Virus record (IMG/VR): IMGVR_UViG_3300032285_003957
Coordinates: 170,117-234,116 of that record
Direction: 5' to 3' (one strand)
Source: a virus
Taxonomy: Duplodnaviria > Caudoviricetes
DNA: 64,000 nucleotides
Below are positions 38,303 to 47,234 of this stretch, one piece after another. A model generated the notes under the pieces. That model was not told the DNA's origin and did no database searches. It saw nothing but the letters and a program-made list of their open reading frames with translations. Position 1 is the stretch's first letter; every line of letters begins with the position of its first letter. Made by a program: the position numbers and the translations under genes.

Positions 38303-38310
38303 TATTTATA
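38303..38310 (+). promoter_or_regulatory. TATTTATA putative late-promoter element
   Basis: Intergenic, upstream of ATG 38335. Confidence 0.5.
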
Positions 38311-38334
38311 TAAAACAAACACAAAAGACAAGAT

Positions 38335-41300
38335 ATGGCACAAATAATTAAACACAGAAGAGGTTCGATTGGAGCACTTAAAGACGTTACGGCTAATGTC
38401 GGCGAATTGGTAATGGCAACAGGATCAATCGGAGATTTAAACGCGCCGGTCCTATTCATAGGTGAATCAGCAATAGCGGGTGGATACAAGCCTGTTTCTA
38501 AGATATACCAAGGAGCAAACGTTCCTACATTAGGTGCATCTTACGGTTCAACAATGGATGGAACACCTTTCTACTCCAATAATGATAAAACATTATACAT
38601 CTTAGATAGAAATGGTAATATTGCCATGGACTTCACAGGTAATATTGAAGGTAATACTATTTCAGGTGTAACAATTAATGCTTTAACAGCATCATTTGTA
38701 TCAGGTTCAAATACAGTATCAGCACCAACAGGTTCATTTGGTCAAATTAATGTATCAAATATCGCATTTACAGGATTAACAGAAGGTAGAGTAACTTTAG
38801 TAGGCCCAAGTGGTTCACTTGTTGATAGTGGAAGTTTAAATTATGATGGTAGTCAATTAGGTATCACAGGTTCTATTAAGTTAAACGATACTGCGTATAT
38901 CTACAATGACGGTCAATTATATATTGAAGATACTACAAATGGTTTATATCTTAATGCGGGTAATTCATATTTAAACTTCAATAATGGCGGTTACACTAAC
39001 TTACGTTCAGATCAAAATGGTATTGATATTGAAGCAAGCGGTGGTGGACAACTTTGGTTATGGGCTGATAGTGCTGATGTATGGATTGGTTCTTATGACA
39101 ATAGCACATTACACTTAAACAACGATAGTGGTGAAGGTAATGTTAATGTATTAAATGGTGACGGTAACGTCCTTAATGTATATGGCGACATGGTTCAAAC
39201 AGGTTCAATATACACAACAAAAATTTTAGGAACTGGTTCTCTTTATTTACAACCTGATCAAAACGACGGAAGACTTTTTGAAATCTATAACACTACAGGT
39301 GTTACTGGAAATGATATACACATTAAAGGAAATGCAGATTATAACTACTTTGGTGGTGATATTAACTACTTAAAATTAGATGATGCTTCAGGATATGTAA
39401 CTCTTATAGGTGACAATGGTGTTACTATCAGTTCAAATGTTGGTAATGTTGCTATTAGTTCTTATGATGGTAGCACATTATTCTTAAATACAGATGGTGG
39501 CGAAGGTGATATCAATATAGGTAACTACGGTAATTCAATATATGGTTACACAAATACAACTGATTTTTTAGCAACTAATTACGCTCAATTACGAAGTAGT
39601 GGTTCTTATTTGTGGGTTGAAAGTATAGGTTCTCACGTTCATAATGATAATAATGGTGTAGCAGGATTTACAGCTAGACCAAATAGTATTATTGAAGCTA
39701 CGGGTTCATTACATATTTACGGAGACACACAAATCTCAGGTAATACATCGGTAACTGGTTCTTTGGTTGTATCAGCAGGTGCTGCATTTATTGACCAAGG
39801 AGTTGTTTCTCAAAATAGCAACGTTTTATTAACTAGTGGTTCAAACTTAATCATCCAAGATGGTGGTAATGCAAACATTGCTGGTGATGTTTATATTACA
39901 GGTTCTGAAGCGGTTGATTATATCTACGGATATACACAACAATGGAACTATTTAGCTTTAAATGGTAGTGTTAGCGGCACACCAAATGTTGAATTAGGCT
40001 CAACAAGTAACATCTCATTATGGGCTGAAGGTGGAACTATTAATGTAACTGGGTCAATTAAAGTTACAAATGATTTGATAGTTGAACAAAATATGTTCGT
40101 TTCTGGTAACATCTATCAAACAGGTTCATTCTATACACAAGGTGATATAGTTTTATCTGGTAGTATCAATATCGGTGATAACATCGGTGTGGATACAATT
40201 AACTTCCAAGGTGAAGTTAGTTCTTCAATATTACCAAAAGTAAATAACGCATTTGACTTAGGAGGACCAAGTAACTACTGGCATGACTTATATGTAAGCG
40301 GAACTGCACATATTGGTGTATTAGAAGCAAGTTCAATTTCACTTAGCGGTATTACAGTATTTAACGATTTACAAGTATCGGGTAGCATATATAACTTCAC
40401 ATTAACACCAACAGATGTTGTGTTTGTTGATGCGGACCAAAGATTAACAGGTAGTGCGGCATTTACATATGCATACGATGGTGATTATGGCGATAATGTT
40501 TTAACGGCGCCAATCATACGTGCTTCAAATGACGGAAATGGTACTAACTTCTTAATCGGTAACGATATGTGGTTAGGTGATGTTAATGAAGGTAATGCCA
40601 CAAGATTCATGGGTAATGAAAATAATGAGATAGCTAAAATTTATTTAGGTTCAAATAGCACAGACAATTATCTTTATGCAAACTATGGTGACGTATCGTT
40701 AAGTGCAAATAACAGTTTATATTTACAATCACAGAATAATAATGTTAACATTAGTTCTTATGATGGTAACATACTATACTTAAATAACGATGGAGGTGAG
40801 GGTGATGTATATGTGTTAAATGGCGGCGGTAATCAATTACATATTTATGGTGATGTTTATCAAACATCTGGACATACAATAAACACAGATAGACTAGTAG
40901 GTGTTACAAACGCGTCTAACATTATTGATTTAAATGATATTGTTCTTGGTAATTTAGGGTTGTTTTCAAACAATGATGTTAATGTTTCAGGTAGTAACAT
41001 TTACATAAGTGGTAGTAGTAGTTCAAAAATTGGACAATTAGATAATACCGGTTTTTTCTACACATCTGAGAATTATGCTGAAATGTATGGTCAAGGTGGT
41101 TTAGATGTTTATAGTGATGGTGGTAACTTATGGGTATATAATAATAACGGCGACGTTGATATCAGTTCATATGGTGGGACTTTACAATTGAATACAGATG
41201 GTGACGAAGGTGATGTTTATGTGTTAAATGGTTCAAATAATTTACATGTGAATGGTCCTTCAGCTTTCACTGGTTCAGTATCAATAGATGGAGATACCAA

Positions 41301-42495
41301 TATCATCAATAACCATACATTAACTGTAGATGGTGAAGGTAATTTCCACACAAATGTTTATATTACAGGCAATACTTACTCTGATAATTTTGTGGGGTTA
41401 TCATACAACACAAACTCATTACATTTAAATGGTGGAACGTTTGGTGCACCTGATGTTGAATTAACATCATTAGGTAACATTTCATTATTCTCTGAAGGTG
41501 GTCGTGGTGCAGCTGCAGCAATTAACATGACAGGTTCTGTTCACATAACAAATGATTTAGATGTTAGCGGTTCAATATATGCGGGTGTAATTAGTAACTA
41601 TAATGGTGATATTAATGGTGGAGGAATATACATAGATTCAGTAAGTTATTCTGAAATTTCATACAATAATGAAGAAAACTACTTATATGTTGCTAATGAT
41701 GGTTTATACGCTGAAACAAATATAGGAACAAATCAATTTATATCTAATGCTGGCGATACAACAATCACAGCAAACAATGGTTACCATGTTAATATTAATG
41801 GTGGCGGTATCAATTTAAATGGTGCAACATCTGTTACAGGAGCATTCACAGTAAGCTCAGGTTCAATGACAAGTTTAGGTGGTGATTTATATGTGTCAGG
41901 TAACTTACAAGTATTAGGTTCTCAAACAAATGTAAATCTTGAATCTCATACGGTTAACATAGGTGATAACATTATCTTAGTTAATGCTTACTCACCATTC
42001 CAAAGGTATGCAGGTTTAGCTGCATTTGACTCAGGTTCATCAGGAGTTTCAGGTTCATTATTATGGGACTCATTAAATGACTATTGGATGTTTGTTTCTT
42101 CAAGCAACCAAACAAGTAAATTAGTTGGAACAACAGCAGGAACTTATGGTTCAGAAGCAAGTTTAACAAGTGGAACATTCCCAATTGCTGATGGTGCTAA
42201 TAATATCGGTGACAGTTTATTAACATACACTGGAACAACATTAGCACTTAATATCAATAAATTTACTGTTGACTCTGAAACAGGAAATACACATATTAGC
42301 GGTAATGTTACAGTTGATATGGGTGGTGATGACAACGGTGAAGGTTCATCTTGGGTTACATTCAGAAATAGTGATAACGTATTAGGATTTGTAGATTCGA
42401 CAGATACGTTTGCGGAAACAACACAACTATTGGGTTATGATGCGGGTGACGGAACATTGAAGTTCTCTTCAGTAATTGACGGAGGACAATATTAA
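38335..42495 (+). CDS. Long tail-fibre protein with internal repeats
   Basis: MAQIIKHRRG...GELVMAT (Mtd_N-like anchor), four SYDG..L.LN.D.GEG repeats, ends VIDGGQY. Confidence 0.7.
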   Translation: MAQIIKHRRGSIGALKDVTANVGELVMATGSIGDLNAPVLFIGESAIAGGYKPVSKIYQGANVPTLGASYGSTMDGTPFYSNNDKTLYILDRNGNIAMDFTGNIEGNTISGVTINALTASFVSGSNTVSAPTGSFGQINVSNIAFTGLTEGRVTLVGPSGSLVDSGSLNYDGSQLGITGSIKLNDTAYIYNDGQLYIEDTTNGLYLNAGNSYLNFNNGGYTNLRSDQNGIDIEASGGGQLWLWADSADVWIGSYDNSTLHLNNDSGEGNVNVLNGDGNVLNVYGDMVQTGSIYTTKILGTGSLYLQPDQNDGRLFEIYNTTGVTGNDIHIKGNADYNYFGGDINYLKLDDASGYVTLIGDNGVTISSNVGNVAISSYDGSTLFLNTDGGEGDINIGNYGNSIYGYTNTTDFLATNYAQLRSSGSYLWVESIGSHVHNDNNGVAGFTARPNSIIEATGSLHIYGDTQISGNTSVTGSLVVSAGAAFIDQGVVSQNSNVLLTSGSNLIIQDGGNANIAGDVYITGSEAVDYIYGYTQQWNYLALNGSVSGTPNVELGSTSNISLWAEGGTINVTGSIKVTNDLIVEQNMFVSGNIYQTGSFYTQGDIVLSGSINIGDNIGVDTINFQGEVSSSILPKVNNAFDLGGPSNYWHDLYVSGTAHIGVLEASSISLSGITVFNDLQVSGSIYNFTLTPTDVVFVDADQRLTGSAAFTYAYDGDYGDNVLTAPIIRASNDGNGTNFLIGNDMWLGDVNEGNATRFMGNENNEIAKIYLGSNSTDNYLYANYGDVSLSANNSLYLQSQNNNVNISSYDGNILYLNNDGGEGDVYVLNGGGNQLHIYGDVYQTSGHTINTDRLVGVTNASNIIDLNDIVLGNLGLFSNNDVNVSGSNIYISGSSSSKIGQLDNTGFFYTSENYAEMYGQGGLDVYSDGGNLWVYNNNGDVDISSYGGTLQLNTDGDEGDVYVLNGSNNLHVNGPSAFTGSVSIDGDTNIINNHTLTVDGEGNFHTNVYITGNTYSDNFVGLSYNTNSLHLNGGTFGAPDVELTSLGNISLFSEGGRGAAAAINMTGSVHITNDLDVSGSIYAGVISNYNGDINGGGIYIDSVSYSEISYNNEENYLYVANDGLYAETNIGTNQFISNAGDTTITANNGYHVNINGGGINLNGATSVTGAFTVSSGSMTSLGGDLYVSGNLQVLGSQTNVNLESHTVNIGDNIILVNAYSPFQRYAGLAAFDSGSSGVSGSLLWDSLNDYWMFVSSSNQTSKLVGTTAGTYGSEASLTSGTFPIADGANNIGDSLLTYTGTTLALNINKFTVDSETGNTHISGNVTVDMGGDDNGEGSSWVTFRNSDNVLGFVDSTDTFAETTQLLGYDAGDGTLKFSSVIDGGQY

Positions 42496-42504
42496 AAAAT
42501 AAAT

Positions 42505-42529
42505 AAAGGGAGGTATATCCTCCCTTTTT
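42505..42529 (+). terminator. Rho-independent terminator
   Basis: AAAGGGAGG-TATAT-CCTCCCTTT hairpin. Confidence 0.8.
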
Positions 42530-42541
42530 AAAATATAAGAA

Positions 42542-43696
42542 ATGGGAGTAATTTTTCAAAACGGATTCGGAGTAGGGACAGTTCCAAATAATAATGTAAC
42601 AGGTAACATTTGGGACCCACAATATACAAGTAATGGTTTATCAACATATCCCTATGTGTTTACTGATCTTAATTATCCTTCGTATAGCGGTGTGACTGTT
42701 TATAATAGCACAATATGTGATGCGTATGCACCAGGTATATATGCTGCTTTAGCTAAAACAGCAATAACCGCCGGTCAAAAACGTATGATAACGTTTGGGT
42801 TAGATTTCGATGATGAGACCTCTAATCCTAATTACACATTAGGTTTTGGAACAACGGGAACTAATTTAGAAAATTTCTTAGGTGTTGATACAAATAGTAT
42901 TGGTATTACAAATGAAGGAAATGTTTTATATAATAATGACTTGATCAATATACCAATATTCAGTGGATTACCAACTTTTGGAAATGTTGGTGATATAATA
43001 GATATTGCAATTAACGGTAATACCTATATGTGGTATAGAGTTAATGGTGGTGACTGGAATGGAGACAATACAGCAGACCCTGCAACAAATAGTGGAGGAT
43101 TATTAATGGATTCATTTAGTGGCTCAACATTACATCCTGCAATTGCTTTAGGAGGATTCAGTGGTCCGAGTGTATTTAGTGTTTATCAAACATCAGTTTA
43201 TGGATTACCAAGTGGATTTTCACAAATTTCTGGTGATAGACCAAGTTCAACAACATTTACAATAACATCTAATATGTTTGACCAAACGGGAGGTTATGGT
43301 CCCGCTTGTAATACTCCACAAGGTGAATTTATTAATTTCACAGGTTTAACAATTAATCAAACTTCCGATTTAGGTTGTGGTGCGTATGCTCAATTATTAA
43401 ATTATTCAGGAGTTGAAAGTGCATTTTCAGCTGCAGGTGCAACCACAGATTATAACGGATATATTTGTGATGTTGTGTGGGGACCTAATAGTACTATAAC
43501 AAATGGTATAGCTAAAGTTGCATATGATACTAGATATGGTAGACATCAAATTGAAATTGTTACTATTGACCCTACTGATACTCGTTATTTGAATAACGAT
43601 AGTAATCCAGATGGTACAAGTTTAGCAGGAACATTTAATTTCCCTGCAACATTTACAATTAGAATGCCATTAGACAATAAAGGTGGATGGTGTTAA
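42542..43696 (+). CDS. SPRY/concanavalin-like beta-sandwich protein (putative receptor binding)
   Basis: GDIIDIAING...MWYRVNGGDW...ADPATNSGG...LHPAIAL resembles SPRY. Confidence 0.5.
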   Translation: MGVIFQNGFGVGTVPNNNVTGNIWDPQYTSNGLSTYPYVFTDLNYPSYSGVTVYNSTICDAYAPGIYAALAKTAITAGQKRMITFGLDFDDETSNPNYTLGFGTTGTNLENFLGVDTNSIGITNEGNVLYNNDLINIPIFSGLPTFGNVGDIIDIAINGNTYMWYRVNGGDWNGDNTADPATNSGGLLMDSFSGSTLHPAIALGGFSGPSVFSVYQTSVYGLPSGFSQISGDRPSSTTFTITSNMFDQTGGYGPACNTPQGEFINFTGLTINQTSDLGCGAYAQLLNYSGVESAFSAAGATTDYNGYICDVVWGPNSTITNGIAKVAYDTRYGRHQIEIVTIDPTDTRYLNNDSNPDGTSLAGTFNFPATFTIRMPLDNKGGWC

Positions 43697-43705
43697 TATA
43701 ATTTT

Positions 43706-44377
43706 ATGATTTTTCATAGACAAGCACATACAAGAGGTAATCCAACAGCAGATTGGATTACCTCTTTTCGCACATTTTATTTCCCACCATATATTGACAA
43801 GACTTACACTAACTTTAGTGATTTAGAAACTATCAATGATGATAGGACTCAACCTGGTGGTCATGTCCCAAAACACGTTCATAAGAACATGGAAATATTT
43901 GGTTACGTTGTTGAAGGATTATGTCGACATACGGATAATCAAGGTAAAAGTATTGATATTCCCGCAGGTGCTGTCCAAAGAATGAGCGCAGGTGGTGGAA
44001 TCATACATACAGAAGGAAACGCATCCGACAAACCAAATCGTTATTTACAACTTTGGATTAGACCGAATGAATTTAATACAGAACCTTATCATGATTGGTA
44101 TCAATTTACAAGAGAAGATAAGTTAAATAAATTCTGTGACATTACAGAGAAATTACCCATCAAACAAGATGCAAGATTGCTTGCAGGAATATTCACAGAA
44201 GATTATACATTTGATTTAAACCCAAATAGAAATTACTATCTATATGTGGTATCAGGAACCTCAACAACCAATGATATTTCTTTAATTGAGGGTGACGGGT
44301 TAAGCTTTACACAAGAAGAAAAAATTAGTATTATTACTAATGAAGAGACGGAAATTATTCTGTTTGATTTAAAATAA
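43706..44377 (+). CDS. Pirin-family bicupin (YhhW-like)
   Basis: LETINDDRTQPG, HVHKNMEIFGYVVEG, VQRMSAGGGIIHTEGN, YLQLWIRP; metal ligands H,H,H,E retained. Confidence 0.9.
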   Translation: MIFHRQAHTRGNPTADWITSFRTFYFPPYIDKTYTNFSDLETINDDRTQPGGHVPKHVHKNMEIFGYVVEGLCRHTDNQGKSIDIPAGAVQRMSAGGGIIHTEGNASDKPNRYLQLWIRPNEFNTEPYHDWYQFTREDKLNKFCDITEKLPIKQDARLLAGIFTEDYTFDLNPNRNYYLYVVSGTSTTNDISLIEGDGLSFTQEEKISIITNEETEIILFDLK

Positions 44378-44393
44378 ATAAGATTTTTTTAAG

Positions 44394-44401
44394 TATTTAT
44401 A
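44394..44401 (+). promoter_or_regulatory. TATTTATA putative late-promoter element followed by a structured leader
   Basis: Upstream of ATG 44466; palindromes at 44405-44441. Confidence 0.5.
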
Positions 44402-44465
44402 GAATAACCTATATAGGTTAATTAACCGTGATACATATCACAAACATTCCGAGGGACCCATATAT

Positions 44466-47162
44466 ATGGCACAAATAGTAAAACTGCGTAGGAGTAGTGT
44501 GATTGGTAAAAAGCCAACCAACGCTCAACTTGAATTAGGTGAATTATCAATCAATACATCAGACGGTAAAGTCTATTTCGCCAAATCAGGTTCGTTAGGT
44601 CCCACAATTGAAGAATTAGTATCAACAAACACGGTTAACACAGGTTCATTACATCTTACAGATAATGTAACTGCATCATTTTTTACAGGTTCATTTATTG
44701 GTGATGGAAGTGGGTTATATAATATACCTGCAAGTGGCGTAACTGATTTAAATTTATCACAAATCACAAGTGGTAGTGTTACCGCATCCATTTCACCAAA
44801 CAAAGGTTTTAGAGTTAACACAAAATCTGAAATTAGTGGTTCATTGATTGTTGGTTCAGGTGTTTTAGATTCAATAGCTCCTGAAATTTTACATGTTCAA
44901 AACAGTGGAAGTTATAATATAGCACACTTTGATGCATTTAATGATAACTATGCACAAGTTAACATACAAAATCATAGCACCAGTTCAGCAGCAAGTTCAG
45001 ATTTAGTTTTAACTGCAGATAATGGAAATGAAAATATTCATTTTGTTGATTTAGGTATTAACTCATCCACATACGATAACGGTTTTGTTGGGTATGAAAA
45101 TGATGCATATCTTATTAATGCGGGTAGAGATTTATATGTTGGAACTATTGGTGGTCCATTACATCCAAATGCAAAATTAAAATTATTTGCACAAAATTTA
45201 TGGGACCAACCGCAAGTTGTCATTAGTGGTTCAAAACAAATTGGTTTTAATACGGAAATAATCACAAGTGGTTATGCTTATGAATTTAGTGGCAGCATAA
45301 AAGCTAATCACAATTTAAAAGTTGATGGTGCAATTTCAAGTTCATTTATTACAGGTGCATTCTTTGGAGATGCTACAGGATTGTATAATATTGCTTATCG
45401 TATCAGTGGTTCGGACATTTATGGTAACACCACCGATAAAACATATACAAAATTACAATTTGACGATAGCACTGGTTTAAATGTTGAAGAAACAGAACCA
45501 GGCACAGCATTTATTTCTATTGGTTCACACTTTAAAGATATCTATGTTCAAGGTCAAACAATATTAAGTGCAACAGGTTCTGATGCATTTGAAATTATTC
45601 CTGATGGTGGTATTGAAATTACAACATCAATCACCGATACAAATGCCAATGGATATGTAAAAGAATTAAAAATTAGTGCAAATAGTTTATCGCAATCTTT
45701 AAGTGATAGAATTGATGCAATCACTGGTTCAATAACAGGTTCAGGTGGTAATGTGTATGTTTTAGATGAGGGTTATTCATTAGGACAAGCAACACAATTT
45801 AATTTTATTGGTAATGGCGTAAGTGCAACTGTTACAGACGGAACAGCATCAATTAATATTCCTGGTGGTGGCAGTGGTGGTAATGGCGCTCTTAGTGACG
45901 GAAGTTATGTAATATTAAATCAAACATCAGCATCAACCACTTGGACATTTAATCATGCTTTAGGTCAAAAATATCCAATCATACAAGTTTTTGATATTGA
46001 TGGTAAAGTAGTGATACCATCTGAAATTTTAATGGTTGATAGTTCAACTGCTATTATTTCATTCCCAACCGCACAAGCGGGTAGAGCAGTAGCTTCACTT
46101 GGAACAGGACCAGGTGGTTTAACACAATTCTTTACGGCTGCAACAACATGGACGTTAGAACATAACATGGGAACACGTTATCCTATGGTAACTGTTTATG
46201 ATACAAATTACAATATCATTTTCCCAAATAGAATTCATTCGATTGATGAAAATACAATTCAAGTCCAATTTTCATCACCAGTTGCGGGAACATTAAATGT
46301 TGCGAAAGGTGGCCATATTATAAGTGGTTCAGTTAACTTCTCAAACATTGATACTGCGGGTAGCGGTATTGTTAGTAGTAGTGTTCAGGTTGCACATTAT
46401 GGATACGCAACAACTGGTTCAAATACTTTTACACGTGCTCAAAATATTAGAAACGCACAAATCGATGCTACATGTGTAACATTAATTCCAAATAGTGATA
46501 CCACAATTTTTGATTTAGGTGCTTTCGATGGTGCCAATATTGATTATGTAATCAAGAGCGGTAGTAACATGAGAGCAGGTCAATTAATGGCCGTATGGAA
46601 TGGAAGTGCAGCAAGTTATAATGAGACATCAACACTTGATTTAGGTGATACAACAAATATATCATTAAAGGTAGATGCTTTTGGAATTGTTAGCGCAGAT
46701 ATTATTGCAGGAACATGGACAGTTGAAGCGTTATATCGTGCTTTAGGTTGTTCAGGTGGAGGTGGCGGTAATGAACCATCTCCAAGCCCGACACCAAGTA
46801 ACACACCAACACCTACACCATCATCAACTGAAACATTTGGCTCACCAACTCCTACTCCAACACCAACTCCTTCGATGACCCCAAGTGCTATGTCAACATA
46901 CACATTATTAGGCACCGCAGATAAAGTAGGTGCAACAAGTTGTGGGGTTGTGGGAACAACACCATCAATTTACTTGGATTCCATAGATTATACAATTTAT
47001 TTAGCAAACGGTGGTTGTTTATCTGACGGTGCAACAATTAGAAACTATGATGGCACAGCAATTTCAGGAACATTTTATTTTACATGGTATGGTAGTAGTT
47101 GCTCAACAACAACATTTAAATCAACAAACGGTATTTTAACAGTTAACCCAACACAATGTTAA
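44466..47162 (+). CDS. Tail-fibre protein (Mtd_N-like anchor, WxxxHxLG modules, PT linker, C-terminal Cys-closed module)
   Basis: MAQIVKLRRS...LGELSINTSDGKVYF; TWTFNHALGQKYP and TWTLEHNMGTRYP. Confidence 0.7.
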   Translation: MAQIVKLRRSSVIGKKPTNAQLELGELSINTSDGKVYFAKSGSLGPTIEELVSTNTVNTGSLHLTDNVTASFFTGSFIGDGSGLYNIPASGVTDLNLSQITSGSVTASISPNKGFRVNTKSEISGSLIVGSGVLDSIAPEILHVQNSGSYNIAHFDAFNDNYAQVNIQNHSTSSAASSDLVLTADNGNENIHFVDLGINSSTYDNGFVGYENDAYLINAGRDLYVGTIGGPLHPNAKLKLFAQNLWDQPQVVISGSKQIGFNTEIITSGYAYEFSGSIKANHNLKVDGAISSSFITGAFFGDATGLYNIAYRISGSDIYGNTTDKTYTKLQFDDSTGLNVEETEPGTAFISIGSHFKDIYVQGQTILSATGSDAFEIIPDGGIEITTSITDTNANGYVKELKISANSLSQSLSDRIDAITGSITGSGGNVYVLDEGYSLGQATQFNFIGNGVSATVTDGTASINIPGGGSGGNGALSDGSYVILNQTSASTTWTFNHALGQKYPIIQVFDIDGKVVIPSEILMVDSSTAIISFPTAQAGRAVASLGTGPGGLTQFFTAATTWTLEHNMGTRYPMVTVYDTNYNIIFPNRIHSIDENTIQVQFSSPVAGTLNVAKGGHIISGSVNFSNIDTAGSGIVSSSVQVAHYGYATTGSNTFTRAQNIRNAQIDATCVTLIPNSDTTIFDLGAFDGANIDYVIKSGSNMRAGQLMAVWNGSAASYNETSTLDLGDTTNISLKVDAFGIVSADIIAGTWTVEALYRALGCSGGGGGNEPSPSPTPSNTPTPTPSSTETFGSPTPTPTPTPSMTPSAMSTYTLLGTADKVGATSCGVVGTTPSIYLDSIDYTIYLANGGCLSDGATIRNYDGTAISGTFYFTWYGSSCSTTTFKSTNGILTVNPTQC

Positions 47163-47191
47163 AATAATTTATTTTAATTGATACAAATTGG

Positions 47192-47199
47192 TATTTATA
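47192..47199 (+). promoter_or_regulatory. TATTTATA putative late-promoter element
   Basis: Intergenic, upstream of ATG 47235. Confidence 0.5.
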
Positions 47200-47234
47200 T
47201 GTAACACATTAGTGGATAGTGAAACTAATATAAT

